Part shown: in pieces, positions 42,860-55,543 of the stretch
Position numbering within the stretch: the stretch's first letter is position 1
Layout of the letters: each line of letters starts with the position of its first letter
From: Folioceros fuciformis
Lineage: Eukaryota
NCBI GenBank assembly: GCA_049999805.1
Contig: JBNGIO010005407.1
Coordinates: forward strand, 1-59,589
Length of the DNA: 59,589 nucleotides
Reading direction: 5' to 3'
The notes under the pieces: generated by a model
Told to the model about the DNA's origin: nothing
Seen by the model: the letters and a program-made list of their open reading frames with translations, nothing else
The model's database searches: none
Made by a program: the position numbers and the translations under genes

Positions 42860-43784
42860 TGACGTTGCCTGCAAAGCTAAACCGTACAACTTGACAGCTT
42901 TCGGCAATTAACAACATGCAGTAGGTCATTGGTAGCCCGTGTGCACCTGGATACCACAGTCAACCACACTATTCCAATCTAGGAGGAACAGATACCGTAA
43001 AAGAGGCAGAGGGGCGAGTTAGAAAATTTGAGAGACCCACAGCTGAAAAACGTACAAGAAGGTCCAGTTTCTGTGGTTCACCATTCTGACATGGATCCAA
43101 GACACGCGTCCCCTCGTCTCAGTGCATTCCACGTGTTGCTTTTTTATCCACAAAACTATGGCCTGTTCCTTGCCGCGTGATCTGATCACTAGGACATGTT
43201 GTTCAGTTATAGCACAGTCCCCTAACGGATTAGTTGGAGAGTTCGGAATGTCTGGGATTGATTAACGTTGTGGGGTTTTACAGGAGACCTTATCAACAAT
43301 TTTATCATACAAGAAGAAGTCTCTTGGTCTAGGTGCCCTACATATGCATGTTCAATCTCTACTTGCCATAGCAAGAACGAGGAAGCACTATCAGGTTAAT
43401 GGTCGCATCACAGATAGACCCTAATGCGAAAGAGATGAAAAATTAGAAGAAAAACGAGGAGATGGGAGGAATGGTCGTAATCCGAGGTGTTTGTGCTTTG
43501 CCCAGTAGCAGCGAGCCAGAATGTTGAGCGAGCCTAATTCCACGGAGCCTCATTTGTGAAATAACTGCCTTGGTTAAATGAATGGGTCCGTTTCGGGAAT
43601 TCTGACATGCAGCTCGAAGCGCATCTTTGTGGTGGATACGAAATACCTCTGTAGTGGGAGCGTGATATGCATTGACAAGTCCATCTGTGACAATAGCAAG
43701 CTGTTGAGGGACCAGGGAGAGCAGGATTTGAACTTGGTGTCGAACAGTAGCTGGGGGAGCCCGAGGTGCTATCGTCTTGGGAGG

Positions 43785-46700
43785 ATGGCCTGGACAGTGC
43801 CCAGACCGGCTGCCTCCACAGCAGCCTCGCATTGCGCCAGGGCGTCCCCCCTCTGTCCCTGCTCCTCCTCTTCCTCCTCAGCCAGAGCAGGTTTCAGACC
43901 CTCTTGCCCCCCGCCCAAGCTGCTCTCGACGTCCGGCAATTTCACGCCTCTTAGGAACAGATTAGCACCAGGAACCCGGTGCCTGGCAGCCCCTTGGGCC
44001 AGGATTGTACGGGCCGAGGCTTCGCCGGCTGACGCTGCGTCTGCGACTGTGGACGCTGCTGATGGGGTGGAGGAAACTGAGATAATCGCCCAGAAAATTC
44101 AGGTTTAGCCCAACTGGATATGGCGTCTTTCTGCTCTGTGTGATGCAATTGCGTGCCGCAGGGACTTGGGTCTGTAGTAACGTGTGAGAATGCACTTTGC
44201 TGGGCGTGTGCAGTCTCTGCGGGATGAGAACGAGAGATTGCGGCAGTCGATATCATACGTTGAGAGCCTGCCCACGGTGGTGCCCCCGCCGGGAGATGGC
44301 CAGAGGATTTACGAGATTGACCCTTATCTGAAGAATCACAAGGACCATCTGGATTACAGGTGCACAATTGTTTGCAGTTTGAATTTCTCTGGACAGAGGA
44401 GCACGATTTTGATGTGATCAGTTACATCGTGCCTTGTGCACTGACGCAGATATGCACAGTACAAGAAGACGAGGCACGCCATCGACCAACATGAAGGTGG
44501 ACTGGAGTCTTTTTCCAGGGGATATGAGAAACTGGGATTCACCGCAAGGTCGGCCTCACTTTCTGCTGTATGGAATTAGGGTGGTGGGGTCCAGCGGATT
44601 CTGATTGCATGTTGGTTGGCATGTGCAGTCCTGCGGGGATCACCTACAGGGAATGGGCACCTGGAGCATCGGTTGGTCCTGAATTATGAATTCTAAAGCA
44701 TATCGCTGCCTCTTGTACCTGATAGCTTGCGGCAACTTGTGGTATCTCAGTGGTTTCCACCTGTGACGCTGTCTTGGCTGTGTCCGTGCTATTTCTGCAG
44801 AGTGCCTCGGTAACCGGAGATTTCAACAATTGGAATGCATCGGCAGATCCGATGAAGAAGGTGCCACCTGGATCCTGTTTTTTACTTTGTAGGGAAGCTT
44901 GTTGCGATGTCTTAATGTTCCTTCCATCGGTGCATTCCTCAATCAGAGGAGTGTTGGTTTCTCTGCAGAATGAGTTCGGCATTTGGGAAGTATTCTTGCC
45001 GAACAATGCAGATGGATCACCTGCCATTCCCCATGGCTCTCGGGTGAAGGTACGAAGAGTCTTTTGTAGTTCACTCAATCTTTTGGTATGCAGACAACAG
45101 CGATGCATTGCGGCTAACCCTAAACCCTGTATGTCAACAGATTCACATGAGTACACCCTCTGGCCCAAAGGATGCCATTCCTGCGTGGATCAAATTTGCA
45201 GTACAAGCACCAGGCGAGATACCTTACAACGGGATATACTATGACCCACCACCTGAGGTACGCAAATCTGTACCTATGTTCGCAGATGCAGGGTAGCCCG
45301 GGCTTCCGTCGAAATATGCAAGGCTGATTTCATCATCTCTCGCCTGTGCACAGGAAAAGTACACCTTCCAGTATCCTCGACCTAGTCGGCCAACGTCTTT
45401 GCGTATCTATGAGGCCCATGTTGGTATGAGCAGTACGGTATGTACCCCAGTGGGCAGCACATCTGAAGCTCCATGCTCGGATGGGGAATAGTTGGTCATA
45501 ATTGTTCATACCAATGGGTTGTATCTTGTGCAGGAGCCCAAGGTCAATTCATATCTAGAGTTTAGGGATCATGTGCTACCACGTATCAAAAGACTTGGAT
45601 ATAATGCTGTTCAGCTCATGGCCATCCAGGAACATGCGTACTACGGCAGCTTCGGGTGAAGATCTTACCCTTCCTGTACTTCTTTGTGTTGTAGACCCGA
45701 AAGTCTGATATTTCCATGCTGGCTGACAAGAACATTGATGTGAATATTCCCATTTGTCTTTGTGAAAGTCGGCAGAACTTGTCTCCAGCACTGGAGATAG
45801 AGGGGATGAGCACGAAAGTGTAGAGCTTGCTTGTTTTTCTGGCATTCGCTTGATAGGTCAGCAGTCATACTGAGCCACGGTCTCGTATGAGGGCTGTCAC
45901 ATCTTGTGGCTGAAGATGAATCCGAGGTTGAGTAACCCGTTGATTGCCTTTTCATGTGCAGGTATCACGTGACAAACTTCTTTGCAGTGAGCAGTCGCTG
46001 TGGGACACCAGATGAGCTGAAGAGTCTCATTGATAAGGCCCATGAGCTGGGTATTGTTGTGCTGATGGATGTTGTTCACAGGTGCGCATTCTGTAACGTA
46101 TGATGTGTTGAAGAGAATGACTTAGCTGCTTCCATTTGGGTTGGTTTCCTCACAACATCACACGGCAGTCATGCTTCCAACAATGTGCTTGACGGTCTCA
46201 ACATGTTTGACGGGACGGACTCCCACTACTTTCACTCTGGAGCACGTGGCTATCATTGGATGTGGGATTCCCGTCTGTTCAACTACGGTAGCTGGGAGGT
46301 TGAATGTCTTGGCCTATCCTCAATTGATTGCTGACGTGGAAATTTCTGCAAGCTGCTTGCGCTCTAATGTTTTATGTGTTGCTTCGTTTTCCAGGTTATG
46401 AGGTTTTTGTTGTCCAATCTTCGTTGGTGGATGGAAGAGTATAGGTTTGACGGATTCCGTTTTGATGGAGTAACATCCATGATGTACACCCATCATGGGC
46501 TGCAGGCATGTAACTCTCTTGATCTTTTTGCCTGAAGAAAAGGTAGGCTGCACGGTCTAATGTTGCTTGTTTTCTGAATCAGATGGAATTCACAGGCAAC
46601 TACAAGGAGTATTTTGGACTATCAACTGATGTTGATGCCGTGGTGTACCTGATGCTTGCCAACGACCTGCTACACGGTCTCTACCCAGATTGCATCACAA

Positions 46701-48561
46701 TTGGTGAAGATGTATGTGTCTGATTGAAACACGGGGGCACCCTGCCTAGGCAACTCAGTAAAAGAGATTATTTGACAGCTAGAGTAGATGGAGTCCACCT
46801 TTGCGCCATTTCAGGTTTTTCAGTGGAATCATTCTGTGGCACGATGTGTTTCTGTGTGGCATGTTGTAGGTTAGTGGTATGCCCACGTTCTGTCGGCCAG
46901 TGAGCGAAGGTGGAGTGGGGTTTGACTATCGTTTGCAAATGGCGATTGCTGACAAATGGATCGAGCTGCTCTCCAAGTAAGCTTCAGATCTTGCCAATGC
47001 TCGCGTCATGAAAAACGTTTGAAGCTCGTTCTGAGCCTAAGTGTTCTTTAAGGCATTAAAGAGAAGCACTTCTATGGATCTCTTAAGTGTTTGCAATATC
47101 TGCAGGCAGAGGGACGAAGAATGGAAAATGGGTGATGTTGTGTACACATTGACCAACAGACGTTGGTTGGAAAAATGCGTGGCGTATGCTGAGAGCCATG
47201 ATCAAGCTCTTGTTGGAGATAAAACCCTAGCATTTTGGCTAATGGACAAGGTAAGGTATCAGATATGTTCGTCCACATTTGGACAGTCTCGTCACTGCAC
47301 TCAGCAGGATCCAGCAGCTCTAATAACTTCCTCGCTCATCGACGCTGTTGTTGTCTGTAGGACATGTACCACTTTATGGCAGTAGATGGTCCAAGTACTT
47401 CTGCGATTGACAGAGGCATGGCCCTCCATAAGATGATTCGACTGATAACTATGGCTCTGGGAGGTGAAGGTTATTTGAACTTCATGGGCAACGAATTTGG
47501 TCACCCCGGTACATACCCTCGAGCTTGACCATACCGTTGTCCAGCATTCCACCTTGTACCTTGTGTCTTACCACTGTCGTTTCCCTTCACAGAGTGGATT
47601 GATTTCCCCAGGTGGGACCAAGTATTGCCAACTGGGAAGTTCGTTCCTGGAAATGGTGGCAGCTACGATAAATGCAGACGTCGATTTGATCTGGTGACTT
47701 CCTTCTTTCCACCTGTTGTTTTCCTCTGACCTTTTTGTACGAGGAAGAGACTAACTGGAATCAAGTCGTCGATTGCATGCAGGGTGATGCAGCGTACCTC
47801 AGGTACAGCCGGCTACAGGAGTTCGATGCGAGCATGCAGAAGTTGGAGGAGATTTACAAGGTATTTGATGGACCTTTCTGAATTGCAATCGTCTCAAGCA
47901 ATAGTATTACCTTATCTGTTCAGTCTCGAGTTGTACCCTGGAATGGTCAATTTACACGTTGTCGTGTCCCAATGAACTCGCAGTTCATGGTGTCGGACCA
48001 TCAATACATTTCCCGCAAAGATGAGGGTGACAGGGTGATCATATTTGAAAAAGGAGAGCTTGTTTTCGTGTTCAACTTCCACTGGGAGAAGAGCTACACT
48101 AATTACCGAGTGGGCTGCATCAAGCCCGGTAAATACAAGGTACCGTCCCGTCCCGGGGTCTTTAATCTAAAATATGGCCATCTCCAGAAAGTGAATGTCA
48201 AGTTTTTGCTCATCCATCCACACGGAAGTGGATGGCTCTTGATGCGTCTCCTTGACGTGAAAGCTGTCCTGCGTGCAGATAGTATTAGACTCCGATGAAT
48301 CTCGGTTTGGTGGGTTTGCAAGAATAGACAGCAACGCTGATTACTTCTCCTCAGTAAGTTCTCTCCTTCAACTTACGTGTTCCCATTTTGGTTTGGTAAG
48401 AAGCCGATGATCCCCGTTTGTTCCAGTTGTAAGAAATGATCGGCCAACATTTGTGTGATGAGCAGGAAGGGTGGTATGACGATCGCCCACATTCATTCCA
48501 GGTGTACTCTCCATCGAGGACTGCTGTCGTATATGGCCATGTTTCTGGTGATGGCGAGTGA
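43785..48561 (+). CDS. SBE2: 1,4-alpha-glucan (starch) branching enzyme class II, chloroplast, ~22 exons
   Basis: Transit peptide, then [67 protein letters not shown] (nucleophile), [41 protein letters not shown], ending [10 protein letters not shown]. Confidence 0.97.
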
Positions 48562-49481
48562 AACATGGAAACGAGCTTGCTCCATTGAGCCGGAGAGCTG
48601 GTCGATGCTGTCGTAGTGTTTAGGACGTAGATCGTAGGTGTATCTTCCAAGTTGTCTTTCATTTTTCTCAGTGTAGTGATTGAACAGGGTGATCCACCCT
48701 CTTCAGTGTATAGCACATACCATTGTTTATTTTGCCAACATCTCAGCTGTTGTGGATGCCTGTGGACCTTCACCCATGTATTAAAAAAGGACAAGAGGTC
48801 ACCGAAAATGGCCACTGACGAGGCAAACCAGAACACACTTACTGGTTCCATTCAGCTTTCAAATGCTGTATGCTACCGCGGTCAACTCATGTCATCGTGC
48901 AAAAAGCCTCAACGAAATTAATGGATGAAAACAAACCTCTAATCACAGGAACTTCTGTCAAGTTCGGCCACATACGGCGGGTTGCAGCGCTCAAAGCTCA
49001 TAGTTTTCTCAGTTGGAAAAGTTTAGTGGTCGGGAGTCAGGTGCACGGGTGGGCAGTTGTAAGGAGACTCACGCAGTCCTCCCCATTCTCATGAAAGCTG
49101 ATCTGTCAGTATATAGACGAAGTGCCCACCAACTCCAATTATAAGCTGACTTATCAGGATACTCACGCAAAGCTCCCCAAATCAAAAGATGGCTACAGTC
49201 GCAGCAGGACGTTTACACGATCCCCAACCGCCTCCGACAAATTGTGTCAGAAGCAGCATGTCTAGCCTCCCGAGAGTGCCACATGGGTGATCTATGTATT
49301 TTCATTCTTTCCTATATGAGGATACTTAGATATTGATGCTAGTTATTCCCTAAGCCCCAGGTACATGAGCAAGGAGGTGTGGAGGATTCTCCACATGCAC
49401 ATATGTAAGTTTAATTTTCCTCTAATTAATCTCTTGACTCTTCATGCGGTTAAGCGCATCTTCAACCTTATTCTTCTTTCG

Positions 49482-49584
49482 TTGTTTATACTTCACAGTC
49501 ATATCATACATAGTTAGAAAAACACCATAATTTTGTTTATACTTCACAGTCATATCATACATAGTTAGAAAAACACCATAATTT
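49482..49584. repeat. 51-bp tandem duplication
   Basis: TTGTTTATACTTCACAGTCATATCATACATAGTTAGAAAAACACCATAATT twice. Confidence 0.9.
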
Positions 49585-49635
49585 TTGAATGGTTGGACTA
49601 CACCATAATTAGCTTCTTCTATGATTTTTCTCTTA

Positions 49636-51253
49636 TTTATTTATTTATTTATTTATCATTAGGCATATGCAGCCGTGAGACTATGACACCGGAACCTGAA
49701 TCAAAAACATGATTGAATGGACACTTTGGGAAAGCGCAAAAGAAAGAGGATTAGAGCAAACAAAATAGCAAATCTAGATAGCTATGTCAATAAGCCTAAG
49801 TTAAGTAATCACCAATTGCCTTGAAGTAAGAGAGAAGTTTTTCCCTGAGTTTGGGAACACTAAGAAGTTGGCGGATATCGTAGTAAGAGCCTTGAAACAT
49901 TTGGATCCAAGTGTTGCGAGTGGCCATACACTGGCCAAGGATGTGGTGACAAGTTTCTTCTGAAGACCTGCATTTCCGACAAAAAGGATCCTCTATAATG
50001 TTGAATCTCCTAAAGTAAGCCCCAATAGCCATATGCCCAGTCCGAAGCTGGGTAAGAAATGATGAGAGCTTACGGTCATGGAGACCAAGACGTTGTAGCA
50101 CCGAGGCCGAGGGGCCACCAAGCACCACACTCTTAAGCGCAAAAGCCTTGGTCGAGGAAACCCACCGTAAACGCCACTCCTGTAGACTTGCAGCATGAAT
50201 TTGCTGGCGAGCTCTGGACACTGATAGGATCCGGTCTTCGTGGGAAATGGGAAGAAGAGTGGCAGCCTTGGCGGTTACATCTGCATGCTCATTACCAACT
50301 ATATTGTGATGGCCCGGAATCCAGTGGAGATTAAGGGAAACCTCCGGATGAGCAACCGAGAAGGCATGGAGAGATGTCCTAGCTTGGAGAGATATGGCTT
50401 GGGCTGGGTAAGCCGAAGTGTCCGTTAAAGACATGATAGCTGCTTGAATATCAAGGAAAATTGTAATTGATGAAATCCTAGGGATGGAAGCAAGGAGGGT
50501 GGGCAGGCATGAAATTGCTTTGACCACAGAGAGGAGTTCTGCCTCATAAACCCCGTAGTATGTTTCTAAACCAAAAGATAATTGGTGGACAATATCCCCA
50601 TTGAAGTAGAAAACAGTCGCGCCCCCAGCATGACCATCCAGAAGAGAACCATCAGTGTAAATGGCAAGGGCATCAGGAGTCAAAAGATGTAGGGAATGTG
50701 AGGCAATAGCAGAAGTGGGAGATTGTAAAATTACGATGGTTGTGGGTAAAGAAAGAGGAGAGGCCCAGGGAGGCACGAGTCGAAGAAAAATAGTCTCAAT
50801 GGCAGTGGAGGTGGGCAGTCCCAAAGCGGAGTACAGAGTACTAGAGGAAAGGAGTGTGAGGCGACTGCGGATAGCATTGTGGTAGAATTTTTTGTAGTTA
50901 GTCGTAGGAAGAAAGACTTGATGGATGGGGTGAGAGGGAGGGCAGGAGACGTTGCGGAGGAGAGAACGGAGAGAATGGCGTTGGAGGCGCAACTCCGTGG
51001 GCAGAAGAAAAGCTTCAAATTCCAGGGCATCAGTGGAGGTAGTTCGAAACGCACCAGTAATGGCCCTACAGGTTGGGCCCGTTGGAGGTGTTGAATGTGT
51101 GTACGACCTCCGTTGAACCAGACATTGTAGCCGTAATCGAGCTTGGGCAGGACAACACTGATGTATAATTGTCGAAGAAGCTTGGCATTGAGGCCCCAAA
51201 CTAACTTCCCAAGAGAGGTTATAGCTGACAAAGTACACATTGCGGAAGCTGAA
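49636..51253 (-). mobile_element. 5'-truncated non-LTR retrotransposon (LINE; RT C-terminal region + RNase H + CCHC), Tad1/I-group-like, with 15-bp TSD
   Basis: ORF2 remnant WGL..LRQLYISVVLPKLDYG / RAITGAFRTTSTDALEFEA / IYTDGS..VYEAEL..FLD..WIPGH..GNEHAD / TQLRTGH / CRKC..EETCHHILGQC. (TAAA)n 3' tail at ~49636-49655. Identical ATGATTTTTCTCTTA flanks at 49621-49635 and 51254-51268. Confidence 0.93.
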
Positions 51254-51587
51254 ATGATTTTTCTCTTAAGCAATATCTTAATGGATGCTGAAAACGAGGA
51301 TGTCATCGAAGGTTTTGGGGTTAAGGGAAATAGACACAAAATCATAGTCTCTTGTCCTAAAAATTGCTTTTCTACATGTATGTCCTTACGAATAATGGTT
51401 GGACCATCTTGTTTTTTATAAATTTTTTGTGTTTTAGAAGCCATATACTATTGCTGCATGTTATACCTAGCCAAGAAGTGTGGTGTCTTCATTAAAGTCC
51501 TCTTTTAGTAATGGTCTAAGCGGCTTCAAGAAACCAAAGTCTCTAGCCCAATGCAAAAATATCTCGTTGGATTTTAGGAATGTAGAA

Positions 51588-51677
51588 CCATGGATGGTGC
51601 TTGCATGCCTTGGCCTTCACCTCCTCTTGCCTCCATGGATGGTGCTTGCATGCCTTGGCCTTCACCTCCTCTTGCCT
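51588..51677. repeat. 45-bp tandem duplication
   Basis: CCATGGATGGTGCTTGCATGCCTTGGCCTTCACCTCCTCTTGCCT twice. Confidence 0.9.
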
Positions 51678-52119
51678 CTACTTTATTCCTTTTGGATTGT
51701 GAACTTGCTGTGGTTGATGTGGTGTAATATTCAAGCTTCTTGCAATACCTTGTTCTCCAAATACAGAGTAAGATGAAAGAAAGATGGGATGCTAATGCCC
51801 ATCACACTTACTCAAACCAAGGGCCCTAACATGTGGGTGCGCACTTAGCCAACTCACCCTAAGGGTGCTGACATGCTAGTGCTGATATTGACCAAGCCTA
51901 GTCAACTCTTTGATCACTATGCTAGACTGGTGCTCACCTCTATCAATCATCTTAGGTGCATCCACAAGTCGGTGCCCAATCCTCCCAATCATGCCAAGAA
52001 TCACCACAAGGTTGCTTAGAGTGCTAACTTTGAGTAATAAAGACCAGTAGTTAGTACTTTAGGTGAGGAGGGTGGCTACTTGCAAGGTGTAGTGCTAGTG
52101 TCTAGAGTGTGTATTTTGC

Positions 52120-55100
52120 ATGACCTTAATGACAGAAGCTCATGGCCCGATGTGTCGGGTTGCCCGCAACATAGAGACTATACTGGAAATGGGCCTGAGT
52201 ATGGACAACTGGACGGAGCAAGCGTACTATCGGCCAGACTGGAAGCAAGGTGGAAGGAGGGTAGCACACTTACCCTTACGAGTGCATGGCATGGCAAAGG
52301 CTAACACCGCTACACTTGTGGAACGACAAGCATGTGCAGCAGGCTTGGACAACGGAGCAATTCTGCTGGCTAGCGACCATATGCATGATGACGATCACCT
52401 GGAGTCTGAGCAAGAGGAGCAGCACTATGACAGCTATTCTAGCGACACCACAGTCACCTGCAGGCTAGCGGATCTAATCAAGGCTGCCGATCACCCTACA
52501 CAAGTTGAGAGCGTGCTGCAGGATGCTCATGAGCATGCTCAGCAGGCGTAAGCTATGTTGCAACGGGGGCTCAAGGATCCCACACAGGAGCATATTCTTA
52601 GTGCTCAGGTGATTGCCTGGCCCATCCCAAGTGCAGGCCTCTTTCTCATCGGATTGTTCGGAGGTATTTGCATTGGCCTGGAGGCCTTGCTCAAATCAGG
52701 CCTCCTCATTCGGCGTTATGTATATTATGACAGCAGTGGGGAAGCACAACAGATGGCTGCTCATAGTTTACAGGAGCTCCGCAACAGGTTTCCCACACAA
52801 TTGCCAGAGTCAACATTGGCTGCCACATTCGCAGCATTGCCTCCAAATGTCATGTACATCCAACAAGGCCATATCCAGGCTTTGGGACCCATCGACATGC
52901 TGATTGCTGGTTGGGAATGCCAAGGGTTCTCGTAAATAGGCGTGGGAGCCGGGTTGGAGGACCAATGCACTGGGCTGTTCCAAGACTTGCACCAAATCTT
53001 GGCATGGGTGTAGCAGGACAACCCACGGTGTGGCTACCTTCTTAAGAACACCCCAGTGCAGCTTGACAAAAGGGACTCTGTCCGTGAGGACATGGCCGTT
53101 GTGTAGCACCATATTGGTGTTCCCTTTCTTATGGATGCTGTCCAAGTGGGCAGCTATGTGCATAGGCTGCCCAACTACTGGACCAACCTTATCCCTGGTT
53201 CAGTCTTGGAGCTTGCTCTTCGCAACACGAAGCGGGATCCCACCTTGCAGCTACAAGATGTATTGGACGCAGACCATGAGCCCAGACCCATGCTTGCTAC
53301 TGAGCAACCACCCTGGCATCCCACCAATACACCTGGTCAGCCTCGCAAGTGCCTTGACCTTCAAGGTAGATGTGAGCCAGGAGTCATCAGCCAAGGTGCG
53401 AGTAATTGCTAGAACATTCAACTGGCGCATGGGGGCATAGCTTATAGATGAGCAGCAGAGGCAGATCCAAGCGCTGATCTTCAAGTACGGCGACTACTTT
53501 GCGTTCTCCATGAAGGTACTGAAGCGGTGCAGTGTCACAACCGTCAAGATCAACCTTACCAGCTCAGAACCCATATATCACAAGAGGTATCGGTTAAGTC
53601 AATCCAAGTGGGAGATGGTGGATGCTAGATGCAAGGAGCTTTTTGAGGCAGGGCTGATCAAACCTTCTAGCTCTACTTACGTTGCCGCGACTGTCATGCC
53701 ACCCAAGAAGGACAACCAAGGCTTATGGACAGAAAAGAGGATGCGTGGTGACTACCGACCTATCAACGCTGTGACAGCCTAGGACATGTATCCTATGCCC
53801 ATGCTAGAGGAAATATTTGACAGCATTGGCACGTCTGCCTACTTTTCCATACTAGACCTCAGGCAAGGGTTCAATCAAGTGCTGGTTGCACCATAGGACA
53901 TCAAGAAGACAGCTGTTCACGGATCACAACAGTTGTGGGAATGGTTGGTGATGCCATTTGGCTTCAGGAATGCACCAGTCACGTTCCAGAGAGTGATGGA
54001 CATAGTCCTGGCTAGTTCAACAAACCTGTTATGCTGTATAGACGATTAACATAAATTTGGGACCATTTTTAGCCTTACCTTTATGGCCAGACATTTACGC
54101 TAGTAATAGAGCACTAGCCTCTCAAGTGGCTCATGGCCAACACGAAGCTAAGCGGCAAGTTGGCTCGCTAGGCCATGATCCTCCAAGATTACGATTTTTA
54201 GGTGGTCCATAGGCCAGGGCTGACACATCAAAATGTGGACTCTGTGTCCAGGAATCCAGACAACAGCTGTGAAGACATGACTGAAGCAAGGCAGGACTAT
54301 GAGCCTTATGTGCCATTTCCAGTCGCTGCCCTGGGGGCCATGGTATGTGTAGGCAGTCGCAGCACAGCTGCACCTGCTCGTCTGGCCCAGGACATATGGG
54401 AGGATCCCCACACATTGCAATACGTGCAAAATGGATAGCTGAAGGAAGCATTGCCACTGGCAACAACTGAATAGGTCAAGCATCGTGCTGCCACATATTA
54501 CTGGCGAGATGGGTATGTAATAAGGAAGCTGGCACACGGAGTGGAGCGCTTGGTGCCACCACCAGCTGATAGAGCTATGCTGATTAGCAGAGTGCACAAT
54601 GACATGGGCCACTTCGGAGTCAAGCGCACTTATAGCCTACTGACTCCCCATTTTTATTGGCATGGAATGCATGACCAAGTGCATCAGTGGGTTGCTTGCT
54701 ACGAGCCATGCAACAAGGTGCAGACATCCTTCACCATTCAGCATCCAGAGCTGTATCCCTTGCCCATCATGGGCCTCTTCTTTAAATGGTCGTGTGATTT
54801 GATTGGTGAGCTGCCCCAACTCCACGTGGAAATGTGTATGTGCTCGTCATGATAGAGCACTTCAGCAAGTGGGTTGAGGCTGTCGTGCTGCCGGTAAAAC
54901 ATCCAGGAGCACCTCTCAAGCTTTCCTTCAAAATGTGCTCAGTAGTTTTGGCAGGTGTGCCGAATGCTTGACCGACTAGGGGTCGGAATTTCAAGGTGAA
55001 TTCCAAGACTTGCTGGATGTAGCCGTGATCGACCACCGCAAGACAAGCTGAGACCACCCCCAGGTGGATGGTCTCGCCGAGCGGATGATCCAGACCATCA

Positions 55101-55543
55101 AGAAGGGCTTGAGGAAGCTCTATTTACAGATGCCCAAGATGGAGTGGGACTTGGCTTTGTAGTATATCGTCATGGGGTACAGGATGAGTAAGCGTGCTTC
55201 CTTAGCACACTTCTCACCATACTTCCTGCTCTTTGGTTGTGAGCCTCTGCTACCCAGCGCTATTGCTAAACAGCTGCAACAAGTCGTGAATTTGGACAGT
55301 CCAGCTGTATGGGTTAAGGTCGTTGAAGAGAGGGATCCCTTGTTCAGACAGGTAATGCCTATGGCTATGGCAAATCTGCATATAGCACAGCAGGGGGACA
55401 CTCTTAGGTATGCTTACACAAGGAGTGGGAGTTTTAGGCCGAAGCTCAAGAAGTTTCAATTTGGAGATTTTGTGTATCTACAATGGCAGGTTGGTGACAT
55501 ATTGGACGCCAACACCTATCGCCATGTGACTACGACTGCCTAG
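52120..55543 (+). mobile_element. Degenerate Ty3/Gypsy LTR-retrotransposon pol region: (protease tail)-DNA methyltransferase-RT-RNase H-integrase; LTRs not identified
   Basis: RT: PIYHKRYRLS..KELFEAGLIKPSSS.Y..KRMRGDYRPIN, FSILDLRQGFNQ, VMPFGFRNAPVTFQRVMD, CIDD. RNase H tail: HF*PYLYGQTFTLV.EH*PLKWL, VVHRPG..HQNVDSVSR. Integrase: H..MGHFGVKRT..C..C, WSCDL, TD*GSEF, DGLAERM, FSPYFLLFG. Many stops, frameshifts and deletions. Confidence 0.92.
52600..53355 (+). pseudogene. C5-cytosine DNA methyltransferase domain (DNMT3-like) embedded in the retrotransposon pol, interrupted by stops
   Basis: One reading frame with motif I LFGGIC.GLEA (52654), motif IV IDMLIAGWECQGFS (52891-52932), GLED..TGLF, motif VI GYLL(K)N, and motif VIII DAVQVGSYVHRLPNYWTNL. 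Motifs IX-X were not found. Confidence 0.85.

Noticed and set aside
50731-51444. 237-aa ORF as an independent gene
   Set aside because: It is chimeric: it reads from flanking DNA across the LINE 5' junction/TSD into the LINE ORF2 remnant and then out of frame.
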